This document shows, one piece after another, positions 55,860 through 63,969 of a stretch of 64,000 nucleotides of DNA (the stretch's first letter is position 1; each line of letters opens with the position of its first letter). The stretch lies in assembly GCA_051883735.1 (NCBI GenBank), contig JBJEUH010000077.1, positions 2,043-66,042 on the forward strand, given 5' to 3'. The notes beneath the pieces were generated by a model that was not told where the DNA came from, made no database searches, and saw only the letters and a list, made by a program, of their open reading frames with translations. The position numbers and the translations under genes were made by a program. This DNA comes from Candidatus Ventricola sp. (GTDB taxonomy: Bacteria > Bacillota > Clostridia > Christensenellales > Aristaeellaceae).

Positions 55860-56264
55860 ATGCTGTTTCCCGTTCCCCGGGTGGAAAGCGCGGCGCTCAA
55901 CAAGGCATCCGCGCCCTTTGGCCTCATCCTCTCCCCCTCGCAGATCGCCGCGCTGCAGAGGCAGGAAGCAAAGGCGCTCGAGCGCACCGGCCGCGTGTGC
56001 TTCGGCAAAAGCATTCTGCCCCGTCTGGCCGCCGCGTTCGCCGGCTCGCCGCACATCCAGGCCTGCGACTGGGCGGACACGCTGGTCGAATTGACCGACC
56101 TGTTCTATGCCCTCAAGCGCGAGACGGAGGACTCGCTCAGCGACGAGGAGCTGATCGGGCGGATGGTCCGCACATTTGACGGCCCGGCGCAGGGCTCGAC
56201 GACGCTGCTGGCCGATTTCTTTTTCATGCCGGACGAGCCGGAGGAGGACGACGATGAAGCCTGA
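55860..56264 (+). CDS. Hypothetical protein (134 aa, acidic C-terminus), first of a coupled pair
   Basis: Start at MLFPVP, 7 nt after GGAGGTG. Ordinary globular composition. The stop overlaps the next ORF by 11 nt. Confidence 0.6.
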   Translation: MLFPVPRVESAALNKASAPFGLILSPSQIAALQRQEAKALERTGRVCFGKSILPRLAAAFAGSPHIQACDWADTLVELTDLFYALKRETEDSLSDEELIGRMVRTFDGPAQGSTTLLADFFFMPDEPEEDDDEA

Positions 56265-57168
56265 CCTGACGCGCCTGCTGACCCAGGCGGAAAACGACGA
56301 CCTGCGCGCGGAGCTGCTCGCCCTTCTGCGCATGCAGGCCGTGTCCTACACGCAGGGCGACAGCGAGAGCCTGCCCGCCGAGACGGTCCTTGAGCTGCTG
56401 GCCTCGCTGCTGTACACGCTGGGCGTCGATCCCGCGCAGATGCAGACGCTTGCGCCGCTTTACGGCAGGGACCTGCGCCCGCTTTATGAGGCGGGCTATC
56501 GCGCGCTGCTTCACAAGACGGAGCAGGCCCGCTCGCTCATTCAGGCGCTCTGCCGGGAAACGCCGCCGCTGGGCTGCATTTCTCTCAATGACACCGTGCG
56601 CAGCATCCTCGCCTCGCTGGACCGCTACGACGCGCGCTTCTTCGCCCACCGCGTCCCCGGCGAGATCGACTATCAGCTGATCGACCCCGTGCCGGAGAGC
56701 GTCCAGGGCATCGACTACATCCTGCTCTACCTTTCGCGCCTGCGCGCGGAGATGCGCTTCCTCGCCCGCTTTGCGCAGCACCGGCTGCTCGCCCTGCTCG
56801 ACGGCGCAAGCCCCGGCTGGCGCGAGGAGATTGTCAGCCTCTGCCTGAGCGTCGGCGCCAATGCGCTGGGCCTCGCGCTGCTGGGCGAGGACCCCCGCCG
56901 CCTGCACATCCGCGAAGGCGAGCGGCAGGCGCTTTTGCAGCGCTTTGCGCCCCTGCACCCGCTGGAGATCGAAAGCCGGCTCTCCCGCGCATGCGGCAGC
57001 CTGCTCGATGCGCTTGAGCTTCACGAGGCGCAGGACGCACAGATGCTGCGCGCGCTGTGCCGCGATCTCGCCCCGCGCATCCGCAGCGCCGCGGACGCGG
57101 GCGATCTGTCGCATGTGTTCGGCGGGTTTGGGGTGCCGGTCAGTTCATCTGAACATCCAGCACCCTGA
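56254..57168 (+). CDS. Hypothetical helical protein (304 aa), second of a coupled pair
   Basis: ATG (MKPDLTRLL) inside the 3' end of the previous gene. Leu/Ala/Arg-rich helical protein. The 3' end overlaps the convergent gene 57140..57511 by 29 nt. Confidence 0.65.
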   Translation: MKPDLTRLLTQAENDDLRAELLALLRMQAVSYTQGDSESLPAETVLELLASLLYTLGVDPAQMQTLAPLYGRDLRPLYEAGYRALLHKTEQARSLIQALCRETPPLGCISLNDTVRSILASLDRYDARFFAHRVPGEIDYQLIDPVPESVQGIDYILLYLSRLRAEMRFLARFAQHRLLALLDGASPGWREEIVSLCLSVGANALGLALLGEDPRRLHIREGERQALLQRFAPLHPLEIESRLSRACGSLLDALELHEAQDAQMLRALCRDLAPRIRSAADAGDLSHVFGGFGVPVSSSEHPAP

Positions 57169-57511
57169 TTCTGAACACCACAAAGTGCGGTGCATCCGGC
57201 GTGGGGAAATGATTTGTGAGCGCCGGGCAAGCCTCAAGCATCTTCTGCTTGACAACTGTGTCTGTACATTCCGCCGCTGTACCGGTCACACGAATCCACG
57301 CCCTTGTGCCGGGCTTGAGTGCAACAATCTGTACGTTGGGACAATCTTTGAGCTGATGATGCACGGCCTTCATGTCGCCTGTGGAAATATACAGATCGCC
57401 CTCGTGTTCCATGATCGCGCCAAACGGACGGCCCGCCGGGAAATCGCCGTTGAGTGTCAAAACAAAAAATGCACCGCAAGATTTGATAAATTCATAAGCC
57501 TGACTCATCAT
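57140..57511 (-). CDS. Pyridoxamine-5'-phosphate-oxidase-like FMN-binding split-barrel protein
   Basis: 123 aa. FFVLTLNGDFPAGRPFGAIME..DLYISTG is typical of small PNPOx-like proteins. GGAGGAAA SD. Confidence 0.6.
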   Translation of the reverse strand: MMSQAYEFIKSCGAFFVLTLNGDFPAGRPFGAIMEHEGDLYISTGDMKAVHHQLKDCPNVQIVALKPGTRAWIRVTGTAAECTDTVVKQKMLEACPALTNHFPTPDAPHFVVFRIRVLDVQMN

Positions 57512-57611
57512 TTTCCTCCGTTCCTGGAAAAGAATTCCTGTCGGTCACAGCAGCTCCTTAGAGCCTCCCTCCTGAGAAATGTGGCACGGCGCAGCCGTGA
57601 CGGAGGGAGTT

Positions 57612-59855
57612 TCACATCATGCTCCCCGGGTTGACCTGGCACACGCACGCGCAGCGCTCCAGCGGCGTCCTGGCGATCTCGCTCATCTTGCCCACGGCCT
57701 CCTGGCAGACGGACTTGTCCACGATCTTGAGCGCGACCTGCCAGCGGCTCTTGCCCTTGATGCGCTTCACCGGGCAGGGCATCACGCGCAGGGAAACCAC
57801 GTATTTGCGCAGATAGGCGCGCCGCTCCAAAAACGCCTCCATCTGGCGCATGGCGCTTTCCGCGGCAGACTGTGCGTCCGCTTCGCGATCGGCCTCATAG
57901 AGCAGGCGGGCGATGAGCGTGTACGGCGGATAGAGCGCGCGCTTTCTGCGCACCATCTCCGCCTCGTAAAACGCGCGGTAATCCTGGCGGCTGGCCGTCT
58001 CGATCGCGTAGTGCTCCGGGTCGTAGGTCTGCAGAAAGACCTCGCCCGGCGTATCCGCGCGGCCCGCGCGCCCGGCGACCTGCGTGAGCAGCTGGAACGT
58101 CCTCTCGGCAGACCTGTAGTCCGGGAGCTTCAGCATCGCGTCGGCGGCGACGATGCCGACCATCGTCACGTTCGGGAAGTCGAGGCCCTTGGCGATCATC
58201 TGCGTGCCCACCAGGATCCGCGCCTCGCCCCGGCGGAACTGCGTAAGGAGCCGCTCATGCGCGTCCTTCTGGCGCGTGGTGTCGTTGTCCATGCGCAGCA
58301 CCGGAACCTCCGGGAAAAACCGCTTCACTTCCTCCTCCACGCGCTGCGTGCCCGTGCCGAAATACTTGATGTATTTGCTCCCGCATTCCGGGCAGACCAT
58401 CGGTACGGGCTGCTCCTGCCCGCAGTAGTGGCAGCGCAGCACGCTCCCCGCGCTGTGGTACGTCATGGAGACGTCGCACTGGGTGCAGGTGACGGTATAG
58501 CCGCAGCTGCGGCAGGAGACAAACGTCGAGTAGCCGCGCCGGTTGACGAACAGAATCGCCTGCTTGCCCGCGTCCAGGCAGCGCTTCAGGCCATCCAGCA
58601 GCGCGCCGGAGAAGACCGACCGGTTGCCCTGGGCCAGCTCCTTGCGCATATCGACGACGTGCACCTCGGGCATCGGGCGGTTGTTGACGCGCCGGGGCAT
58701 GGTGAGCAGCGTCAGGTCGCCCCGGCCCGCGAGCGCAAAGGAGCGCATGCTCGGCGTGGCGCTGGCCAGCAGCAGCACGGCCCCCTCCCGCTCACAGCGC
58801 ATGCGCGCCAGCTCGCGCGCGTCGTAGCGCGGCGTGTTGTCCGCGATGTAGCTGCCCTCGTGCTCCTCGTCGATGATGATGAGGCCCACGTTCTCCAGCG
58901 GCGCGAAGATCGCCGAGCGCGCGCCGATGACCACGCGCACGTCGCCCCGGCGGATGCGCCGCCACTCGTCGTAGCGCTCGCCCGGGGACAGGCGCGAGTG
59001 CAGCACAGCCGCGTCCTCGCCAAAGCGGGAGCGGAACCACAGGACCATCTGCGGGGTCAGCGCGATCTCCGGCACGAGCACAATCGCCGTCTTGCCCAGC
59101 TGGGCCGCGTGGCGCACGGCGCGGATGAACACCTCGGTCTTGCCGCTGCCCGTCACGCCGTAGAGCAGAAACGCGCCCTTCCCCTCCGTCACCGCGGGCA
59201 GAAGCGCGCTGAGCACATCCTGCTGCTGGCGCGTGAGCTGCGGGTCCTGCGCGGCCAGGCGCTCCATCGCGCCGTACGGGCTGCGCAGCACCTCGCGCTT
59301 CTCCAGCTTCACAAAGCCCATTTCACGCAGCGCGTGAAGGGCCGGACGGACGTCGCCCAGACGCGCGCGCAGCGTCTCGCAGGGCAGCTCGCCGTCTTCG
59401 CTCTCCATCAGCAGGCTCAGCACGGCGGCGCGCTTGGGCGCGCGCTTCTGGGCGGCGAGCACCTGCGCACGCACGGCGGGCTCCACCGTCAGCACCGCGA
59501 CCTCCTTCGTCTTCTCCGCGATGCGCTCGCCGCGCATCTGCGCCGGGAACATCAGCCGAAGCGCCTGCGCCAGCGTGCAGAACGACGTCTCCTTGATCTC
59601 CTTCGCCAGCTCGAGCAGGGCGGGCAGCACGGCGGGATAGTCCTCCAGCGTGCCTGTGACGTCCCTCACGCGGCTCTCCGGCAGGTCGCAGGACTCCTCC
59701 ATCCCCACGACCACGCCTTCCACCTGCCGCTGGCGGCCGAAGGGAACGCGCACGCGCATGCCGGGGCACAGGCTGAGCCCCTTGGGCACGCGGTAGGTGA
59801 ATACACGGTCCACATCCTCGTGCGCGATATCCACAATCACCTGACAAAACGGCAT
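57612..59855 (-). CDS. priA: Primosomal protein N' (replication restart helicase)
   Basis: 747 aa from MPFCQVIVDI. Walker A GVTGSGKTEV, DEEH box, Cys-rich zinc region CRSCGYTVTCTQC...CHYCG...CPECGS. Confidence 0.95.
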   Translation of the reverse strand: MPFCQVIVDIAHEDVDRVFTYRVPKGLSLCPGMRVRVPFGRQRQVEGVVVGMEESCDLPESRVRDVTGTLEDYPAVLPALLELAKEIKETSFCTLAQALRLMFPAQMRGERIAEKTKEVAVLTVEPAVRAQVLAAQKRAPKRAAVLSLLMESEDGELPCETLRARLGDVRPALHALREMGFVKLEKREVLRSPYGAMERLAAQDPQLTRQQQDVLSALLPAVTEGKGAFLLYGVTGSGKTEVFIRAVRHAAQLGKTAIVLVPEIALTPQMVLWFRSRFGEDAAVLHSRLSPGERYDEWRRIRRGDVRVVIGARSAIFAPLENVGLIIIDEEHEGSYIADNTPRYDARELARMRCEREGAVLLLASATPSMRSFALAGRGDLTLLTMPRRVNNRPMPEVHVVDMRKELAQGNRSVFSGALLDGLKRCLDAGKQAILFVNRRGYSTFVSCRSCGYTVTCTQCDVSMTYHSAGSVLRCHYCGQEQPVPMVCPECGSKYIKYFGTGTQRVEEEVKRFFPEVPVLRMDNDTTRQKDAHERLLTQFRRGEARILVGTQMIAKGLDFPNVTMVGIVAADAMLKLPDYRSAERTFQLLTQVAGRAGRADTPGEVFLQTYDPEHYAIETASRQDYRAFYEAEMVRRKRALYPPYTLIARLLYEADREADAQSAAESAMRQMEAFLERRAYLRKYVVSLRVMPCPVKRIKGKSRWQVALKIVDKSVCQEAVGKMSEIARTPLERCACVCQVNPGSMM

Positions 59856-59885
59856 GCGCGATTCCTCCCTGCTTTCAGTCCATTC

Positions 59886-59914
59886 ATTATAGCGTGAACG
59901 GACGCCGCTTTCAA
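59886..59914 (-). promoter_or_regulatory. Near-consensus sigma-A promoter of priA
   Basis: Minus strand reads TTGAAA-17 nt-TATAAT, about 30 nt upstream of the priA ATG. The spacer and -35 are covered by the 23-bp repeat. Confidence 0.65.
59891..59913 (+). repeat. 23-bp exact repeat, copy 1 (AGCGTGAACGGACGCCGCTTTCA)
   Basis: Identical to 61372-61394, in the same orientation. Confidence 0.9.
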
Positions 59915-59924
59915 GGCGCAAGCG

Positions 59925-61070
59925 TCACCTGAGCGCACAGCCCTCCCGATCCAGCGCTTTGAAGAATGCGCTCATGGCGGCCAGTCCGTCCTCGAGCTCC
60001 TGCGTATCGCCGGCATAGCCGATGCGCATGCTGTACGGCTCCTCAAAGCAGTCGCCCGGCGTCACAAATGCGCCGGCCTCCCTGTACATCCGCTCGCAAA
60101 ACGCATAGGACGGGAGATCGAAATCGTAATACACCAGCGCTGTGGTGCCCGCCTGCGGCTTGTAATAATGCACATGGGGCTCGCTGCGCACCCAGCGGTC
60201 CAGAATCGCCAGATTGCCGCGCACCAGCTCGCGGTTGCGCGCAAGGAGCCTGTCGCCGTGCCGCAGCGCGATATCCGCCAGCGCCTCGTCAAACAGGCCG
60301 CAGCTGACCAGATTGTAATCCCTGTGGGACAGGCATGCTCTGATCACCCCGGCGTCGTGCGTCGCAATCCAGCCAAGGCGCAGGCCGGCCAGCGAAAAGA
60401 CCTTCGACATGCTGCTGACGGAGATGCCCTTTTCATACAGATCGGCGATGGATTCGCACCATTCGTCCTGCTGCGTCAGGTGTCGGTAGACCTCGTCGCA
60501 GAGCACATAGGCATCCACGCTGCGGGCAATCTCCACAATCTCCAGCAGCATCTCCCGGCTCATCAGCGCGCCGGTCGGGTTGTTGGGGTTGTTGATGCAG
60601 ATCATCTTCGTGCCCGGGACGGCCATCCGCTTCAGCGCCGCCATGTCCGGCAGATAGCCGTTTTCCTCCGTCAGGTGCAGGGTGCTCACCTGCGCGCCAT
60701 AGCTCTCCGGAATGGAATACAGCTGCTGATAGGTCGGCATGATGCTGATGACGCGGTCGCCCGGCTCCAGCAGGGAGTAGAACACATGGTGGTTGGCGCC
60801 CGATGCGCCGTGCGTCGGAATGACCTCCTCCGGCCCGATCGTGCGGTACAGACGGCAGACGCCCGCCTTGAACGAGGGATTGCCCTCGATATAGCCATAG
60901 GTCAGCCGTTTTGCGCCAAAGTCCTGCCAGAACTGCGCCTTGTCCTCCCCGGTCAGCTCAAACAGCTCGTCAAGCGAGACGGAATCGACGCAGGTCTCCG
61001 CGATGTTGTACCTTGCGCCCGTCTCATAGGCGTTCATCCATTCCTCCACCTGAAAAGGCCTGATCTTCAT
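59925..61070 (-). CDS. Class I/II PLP-dependent aminotransferase
   Basis: 381 aa. N-terminal FQVEEWMNAYE..YNIAETCV and the PLP-lysine region SMSKVFSLAGLRLGW. Start at the second ATG, 7 nt after AAAGGAAG. Confidence 0.85.
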   Translation of the reverse strand: MKIRPFQVEEWMNAYETGARYNIAETCVDSVSLDELFELTGEDKAQFWQDFGAKRLTYGYIEGNPSFKAGVCRLYRTIGPEEVIPTHGASGANHHVFYSLLEPGDRVISIMPTYQQLYSIPESYGAQVSTLHLTEENGYLPDMAALKRMAVPGTKMICINNPNNPTGALMSREMLLEIVEIARSVDAYVLCDEVYRHLTQQDEWCESIADLYEKGISVSSMSKVFSLAGLRLGWIATHDAGVIRACLSHRDYNLVSCGLFDEALADIALRHGDRLLARNRELVRGNLAILDRWVRSEPHVHYYKPQAGTTALVYYDFDLPSYAFCERMYREAGAFVTPGDCFEEPYSMRIGYAGDTQELEDGLAAMSAFFKALDREGCALR

Positions 61071-61298
61071 ATGCATGCTTCCTTTCTCTTTTTGCCTCCG
61101 AACAGTCCGGCAAACCGAAACCCTCCGGCGCCCGCTGTACGGTTTTTTGCGCAATGCGCAGCATCGTGGAATGAAAGAAAAGGACTCAGGACTTCGCCTT
61201 ATAGCGTGCTGTGACGCACGCCGTACCTACGGCGAAATCCTGAACCCTTTTTGACCCCCACCCGGTGGTGGGGAAAGGTCGTTATGCAACTGATTGAC

Positions 61299-61327
61299 AG
61301 TATAGTACCTCGCGCACGATTTGTCAA
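61299..61327 (-). promoter_or_regulatory. Sigma-A-type promoter about 220 nt upstream of the aminotransferase
   Basis: Minus strand reads TTGACA-17 nt-TATACT. Confidence 0.6.
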
Positions 61328-61371
61328 TTCCCGGTCTTCACAGCAGGCTGCGCGCTGCGTCCATCTGCGGC

Positions 61372-61394
61372 AGCGTGAACGGACGCCGCTTTCA
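61372..61394 (+). repeat. 23-bp exact repeat, copy 2
   Basis: AGCGTGAACGGACGCCGCTTTCA, ending 3 nt before the -35 of the regulator promoter. Confidence 0.9.
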
Positions 61395-61397
61395 GGA

Positions 61398-61426
61398 TTG
61401 CAAAACGACCCGCAACGTGGTACGCT
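61398..61426 (+). promoter_or_regulatory. Candidate promoter of the WYL regulator gene
   Basis: TTGCAA-17 nt-(TGg)TACGCT, 22 nt upstream of the ATG. Confidence 0.45.
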
Positions 61427-61447
61427 ATGCCAAAGGGAGGGATCGCG

Positions 61448-62353
61448 ATGCAGGCCAGCCGGATGTTTGAAATGCTGTACATGCTCCTTGAGCGCGAGAG
61501 GATGACGGCGTCGGAACTCGCCCAAAGGCTCGAGGTCTCCGTGCGCACGGTGTACCGCGACGCGCAGGCGCTGTCCGAGGCGGGCGTGCCGGTGTATGCC
61601 GAGCGCGGCAAGGGCGGCGGCATCGCCATCCTGCCCTCCTACAAGCTCAGCAAGTCCCTGCTCAGCGAGGCGGAGCGCCGCAGCATCCTCGCCTCGCTGC
61701 AGGCGGCCACGCAGTCCGGTGCGGAGGACGGAGCCGTGCTGCGCAAGCTGCGCGCCTTCTTCGGCACAGGCGCCTGCGACTGGGTGCAGATCGACTTTGC
61801 GGACTGGAGCGGCACGCAGGACCACGACGTCGCCCTGCTCAAGGAGGCAATTCTTGAAAGCCGCGTGCTGGCGTTCGATTACTACGGCGAATCCGGCGAG
61901 AAAACCGAACGCGTGGTCTGTCCGCTGCGGCTCTGGTTCAAGGGACAGGCGTGGTATCTGCGGGCATACTGCCTCGCCCGCCGCGCCGTGCGCACGTTCA
62001 AGCTGTCCAGGCTCAAGCGGCCGCGCATCGTCCCCGGCACGTTTCCGCCGGAGGCTCTTGACGCACGGGCACAGGACAAGCCCCGCACCGACTGGCCCGA
62101 ACCGCCGTTTGTGCATCTGCGGATGCTCGCGGACGCCTGCATGGCCTACCGCGTGTTCGACGACTTCTCCGAGTCCGCCATCACAAGGCGCGGGGACGGC
62201 AGCTTTCTGATCGACGCGCGCGTCCCGCCCGGCGCATGGATCGTCTCCATCGTCCTCAGCTACGGCCCGCACGCGCAGGTGCTCGAGCCACCCGAGCTGC
62301 GCGAGGAAATCCGAAAGGCCGCAGAAAATTTGCTCGCGCGCTACAATACCTGA
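61448..62353 (+). CDS. HTH-WYL domain transcriptional regulator (YafY-like)
   Basis: 301 aa. N-terminal HTH (MTASELAQRLEVSVRTVYRDAQALSEAGVPV) and a central WYL domain with the literal motif (GQAWYLRAYC...TFKLSRL). GGGAGGG SD. Confidence 0.85.
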   Translation: MQASRMFEMLYMLLERERMTASELAQRLEVSVRTVYRDAQALSEAGVPVYAERGKGGGIAILPSYKLSKSLLSEAERRSILASLQAATQSGAEDGAVLRKLRAFFGTGACDWVQIDFADWSGTQDHDVALLKEAILESRVLAFDYYGESGEKTERVVCPLRLWFKGQAWYLRAYCLARRAVRTFKLSRLKRPRIVPGTFPPEALDARAQDKPRTDWPEPPFVHLRMLADACMAYRVFDDFSESAITRRGDGSFLIDARVPPGAWIVSIVLSYGPHAQVLEPPELREEIRKAAENLLARYNT

Positions 62354-62417
62354 CAGGTTTATGTCCACTTATCCGTGCGACAATGGGGTCACTTCAAAAC
62401 ACAAGGAGGACGAATCC

Positions 62418-62696
62418 ATGACGCGCGAAGAATATATGAAGCTCCCCATCTGCCAGAGCTGCGGCATGCCGATGCAGAGCCCCAAACAGTACGGCAGGCA
62501 CGCCGACGGCAGCGCCAACCCCGAGTACTGCATCTACTGCTGCCCTGAGGGCGAGGAAAAGATGCAGGGCACGCTCGAGGAGATGATCGAGACGTGTGCG
62601 AAGATCGAGACGAAGATGGGCCTGCACCCCGACGAGGCGGCGGCCAGGGAAAGGCTGGCCGCATATCTGCCGACGCTCAGAAGATGGAAAAAGTAA
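62418..62696 (+). CDS. Small zinc-ribbon domain protein
   Basis: 92 aa. CQSCGMPM ... CIYCC Cys pairs. AAGGAGG SD. Lies 64 nt downstream of the regulator. Confidence 0.7.
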   Translation: MTREEYMKLPICQSCGMPMQSPKQYGRHADGSANPEYCIYCCPEGEEKMQGTLEEMIETCAKIETKMGLHPDEAAARERLAAYLPTLRRWKK

Positions 62697-62706
62697 ACCG
62701 ATGACA

Positions 62707-62733
62707 AGAGCACCGGCGCAAAACCGGTGCTCT
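62707..62733. terminator. Bidirectional terminator hairpin between convergent genes
   Basis: AGAGCACCGG-CGCAAAA-CCGGTGCTCT, a 10-bp stem. Confidence 0.65.
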
Positions 62734-62745
62734 GCTTATGTTGCT

Positions 62746-63345
62746 TTACATCGGGAACGCATGGACCCCGACCGCGCCGCGCGCCCGCTCAAGCAGCTGC
62801 TGCGCGTCCGCCGTCTGCGAGAGCCACTCTCCCGCCCACTGCGCGGGCAGGAGCACCGGCATCCTGTCGTGAATGTGCGCGATGCGCTCATCCGCCTCCT
62901 GCGTGAGAATCGTGAACGACGCAAACGGCTCGCCCGCCTCCAGCCGGTACAGCCCCGCCATGTATATGAGCGGCCCGTCCGGTTTCATGGCATGCTTTAT
63001 CCGGCTTTTCCCCTGCGCCTGCCACTCAAAATAGTGCGTCGCCGGCACCAGGCACCTCCGCTCGAGCATTGAAGCCCGGAACATCGGCTTTTCATGCGCT
63101 GTCTCGCTTCTGGCGTTGATCACCGGGCGCGCATCCCGGCCTGCGGCTGAAAAGCCCCACCGCATCAGAAACGGCCGCTGCCGTCTCGCCCGGCTGTTGG
63201 CAATCACCGGCGCGATATCCGTCGGGCGAATTTCGCCGGTCTTGATGGACACGGCAGGCGCGCCGCCGGGCTTTCCGCGGTTCAGCTCCTCGACGAGCGC
63301 CTCAAAGCCCGCCAGCGAATCGTCGATATAGTAGCGTCCGCACAT
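62746..63345 (-). CDS. SOS response-associated peptidase (SRAP/YedK family, abasic-site processing)
   Basis: 199 aa beginning MCGRY (catalytic Cys2), with conserved ...PVINARSET... and HDRMPVLL. Confidence 0.9.
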   Translation of the reverse strand: MCGRYYIDDSLAGFEALVEELNRGKPGGAPAVSIKTGEIRPTDIAPVIANSRARRQRPFLMRWGFSAAGRDARPVINARSETAHEKPMFRASMLERRCLVPATHYFEWQAQGKSRIKHAMKPDGPLIYMAGLYRLEAGEPFASFTILTQEADERIAHIHDRMPVLLPAQWAGEWLSQTADAQQLLERARGAVGVHAFPM

Positions 63346-63360
63346 GCGCTTCCCTCCGTA

Positions 63361-63969
63361 TCACGGGTTTTCCGGCTGCGCCATCAGCGCCCTCAGGCTG
63401 CTGAGCACCGCCTCCCGATCGACCTTTTCAAAATCCGTCGTGTCCACGCGCAGGCACGGCCCGTCCCACGGCAGGCGATCCATTCCGCGGCCGAGCATGC
63501 CGGCTGCGAATGCCTCGTAGGGCATCGTCCTGTGCGCCGCGGCGCTGCCCGGCTTCTCGGGGTAGCAGTCGTTGACGACATGCCCGCGATGGCGCTCGGG
63601 CGACTGATCCCGCTGCGCAAAGCGCCGGTAGATCGCGCGCAGGTCGCCCGTCATCTGCACCGTGATCACATCACACGGGCACGCCGCAAACAGCGCGGCC
63701 AGCCCCTCGCGCGAGACGTCCTCAAAGTTGTTCTCCAGAATGACGCTCTGCCCGCAGGACAGGCACGCCCTCGCGCAGTCGTACAGGATCTCCATCGCGG
63801 CTACGCCGAGCTGCACCTTCTCCTCGCGCGAGGAAAAGCCCAGCTTGTCAAACAGCCGCTCCTTGATCGCGTCCTTGGAGAACATCGGGATGCCCAGCTG
63901 CCCCGACAGATACGCCGCCATCGTGCTCTTGCCCGTGGCGGGCAGGCCGGTGACCAGAATGCACACCAT
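63361..63969 (-). CDS. P-loop NTPase / kinase-like protein
   Basis: 202 aa. Walker A GLPATGKST at the N-terminus and a small-molecule-kinase-like size. Specific family not assigned. Confidence 0.65.
   Translation of the reverse strand: MVCILVTGLPATGKSTMAAYLSGQLGIPMFSKDAIKERLFDKLGFSSREEKVQLGVAAMEILYDCARACLSCGQSVILENNFEDVSREGLAALFAACPCDVITVQMTGDLRAIYRRFAQRDQSPERHRGHVVNDCYPEKPGSAAAHRTMPYEAFAAGMLGRGMDRLPWDGPCLRVDTTDFEKVDREAVLSSLRALMAQPENP

Noticed and set aside
61071-61298. T-box leader upstream of the aminotransferase.
   Set aside because: There is no AGAGA/GNUGGA-type stem I features, no T-box sequence (AAnnnGGGTGGTACCGCG), and no terminator/antiterminator pair.
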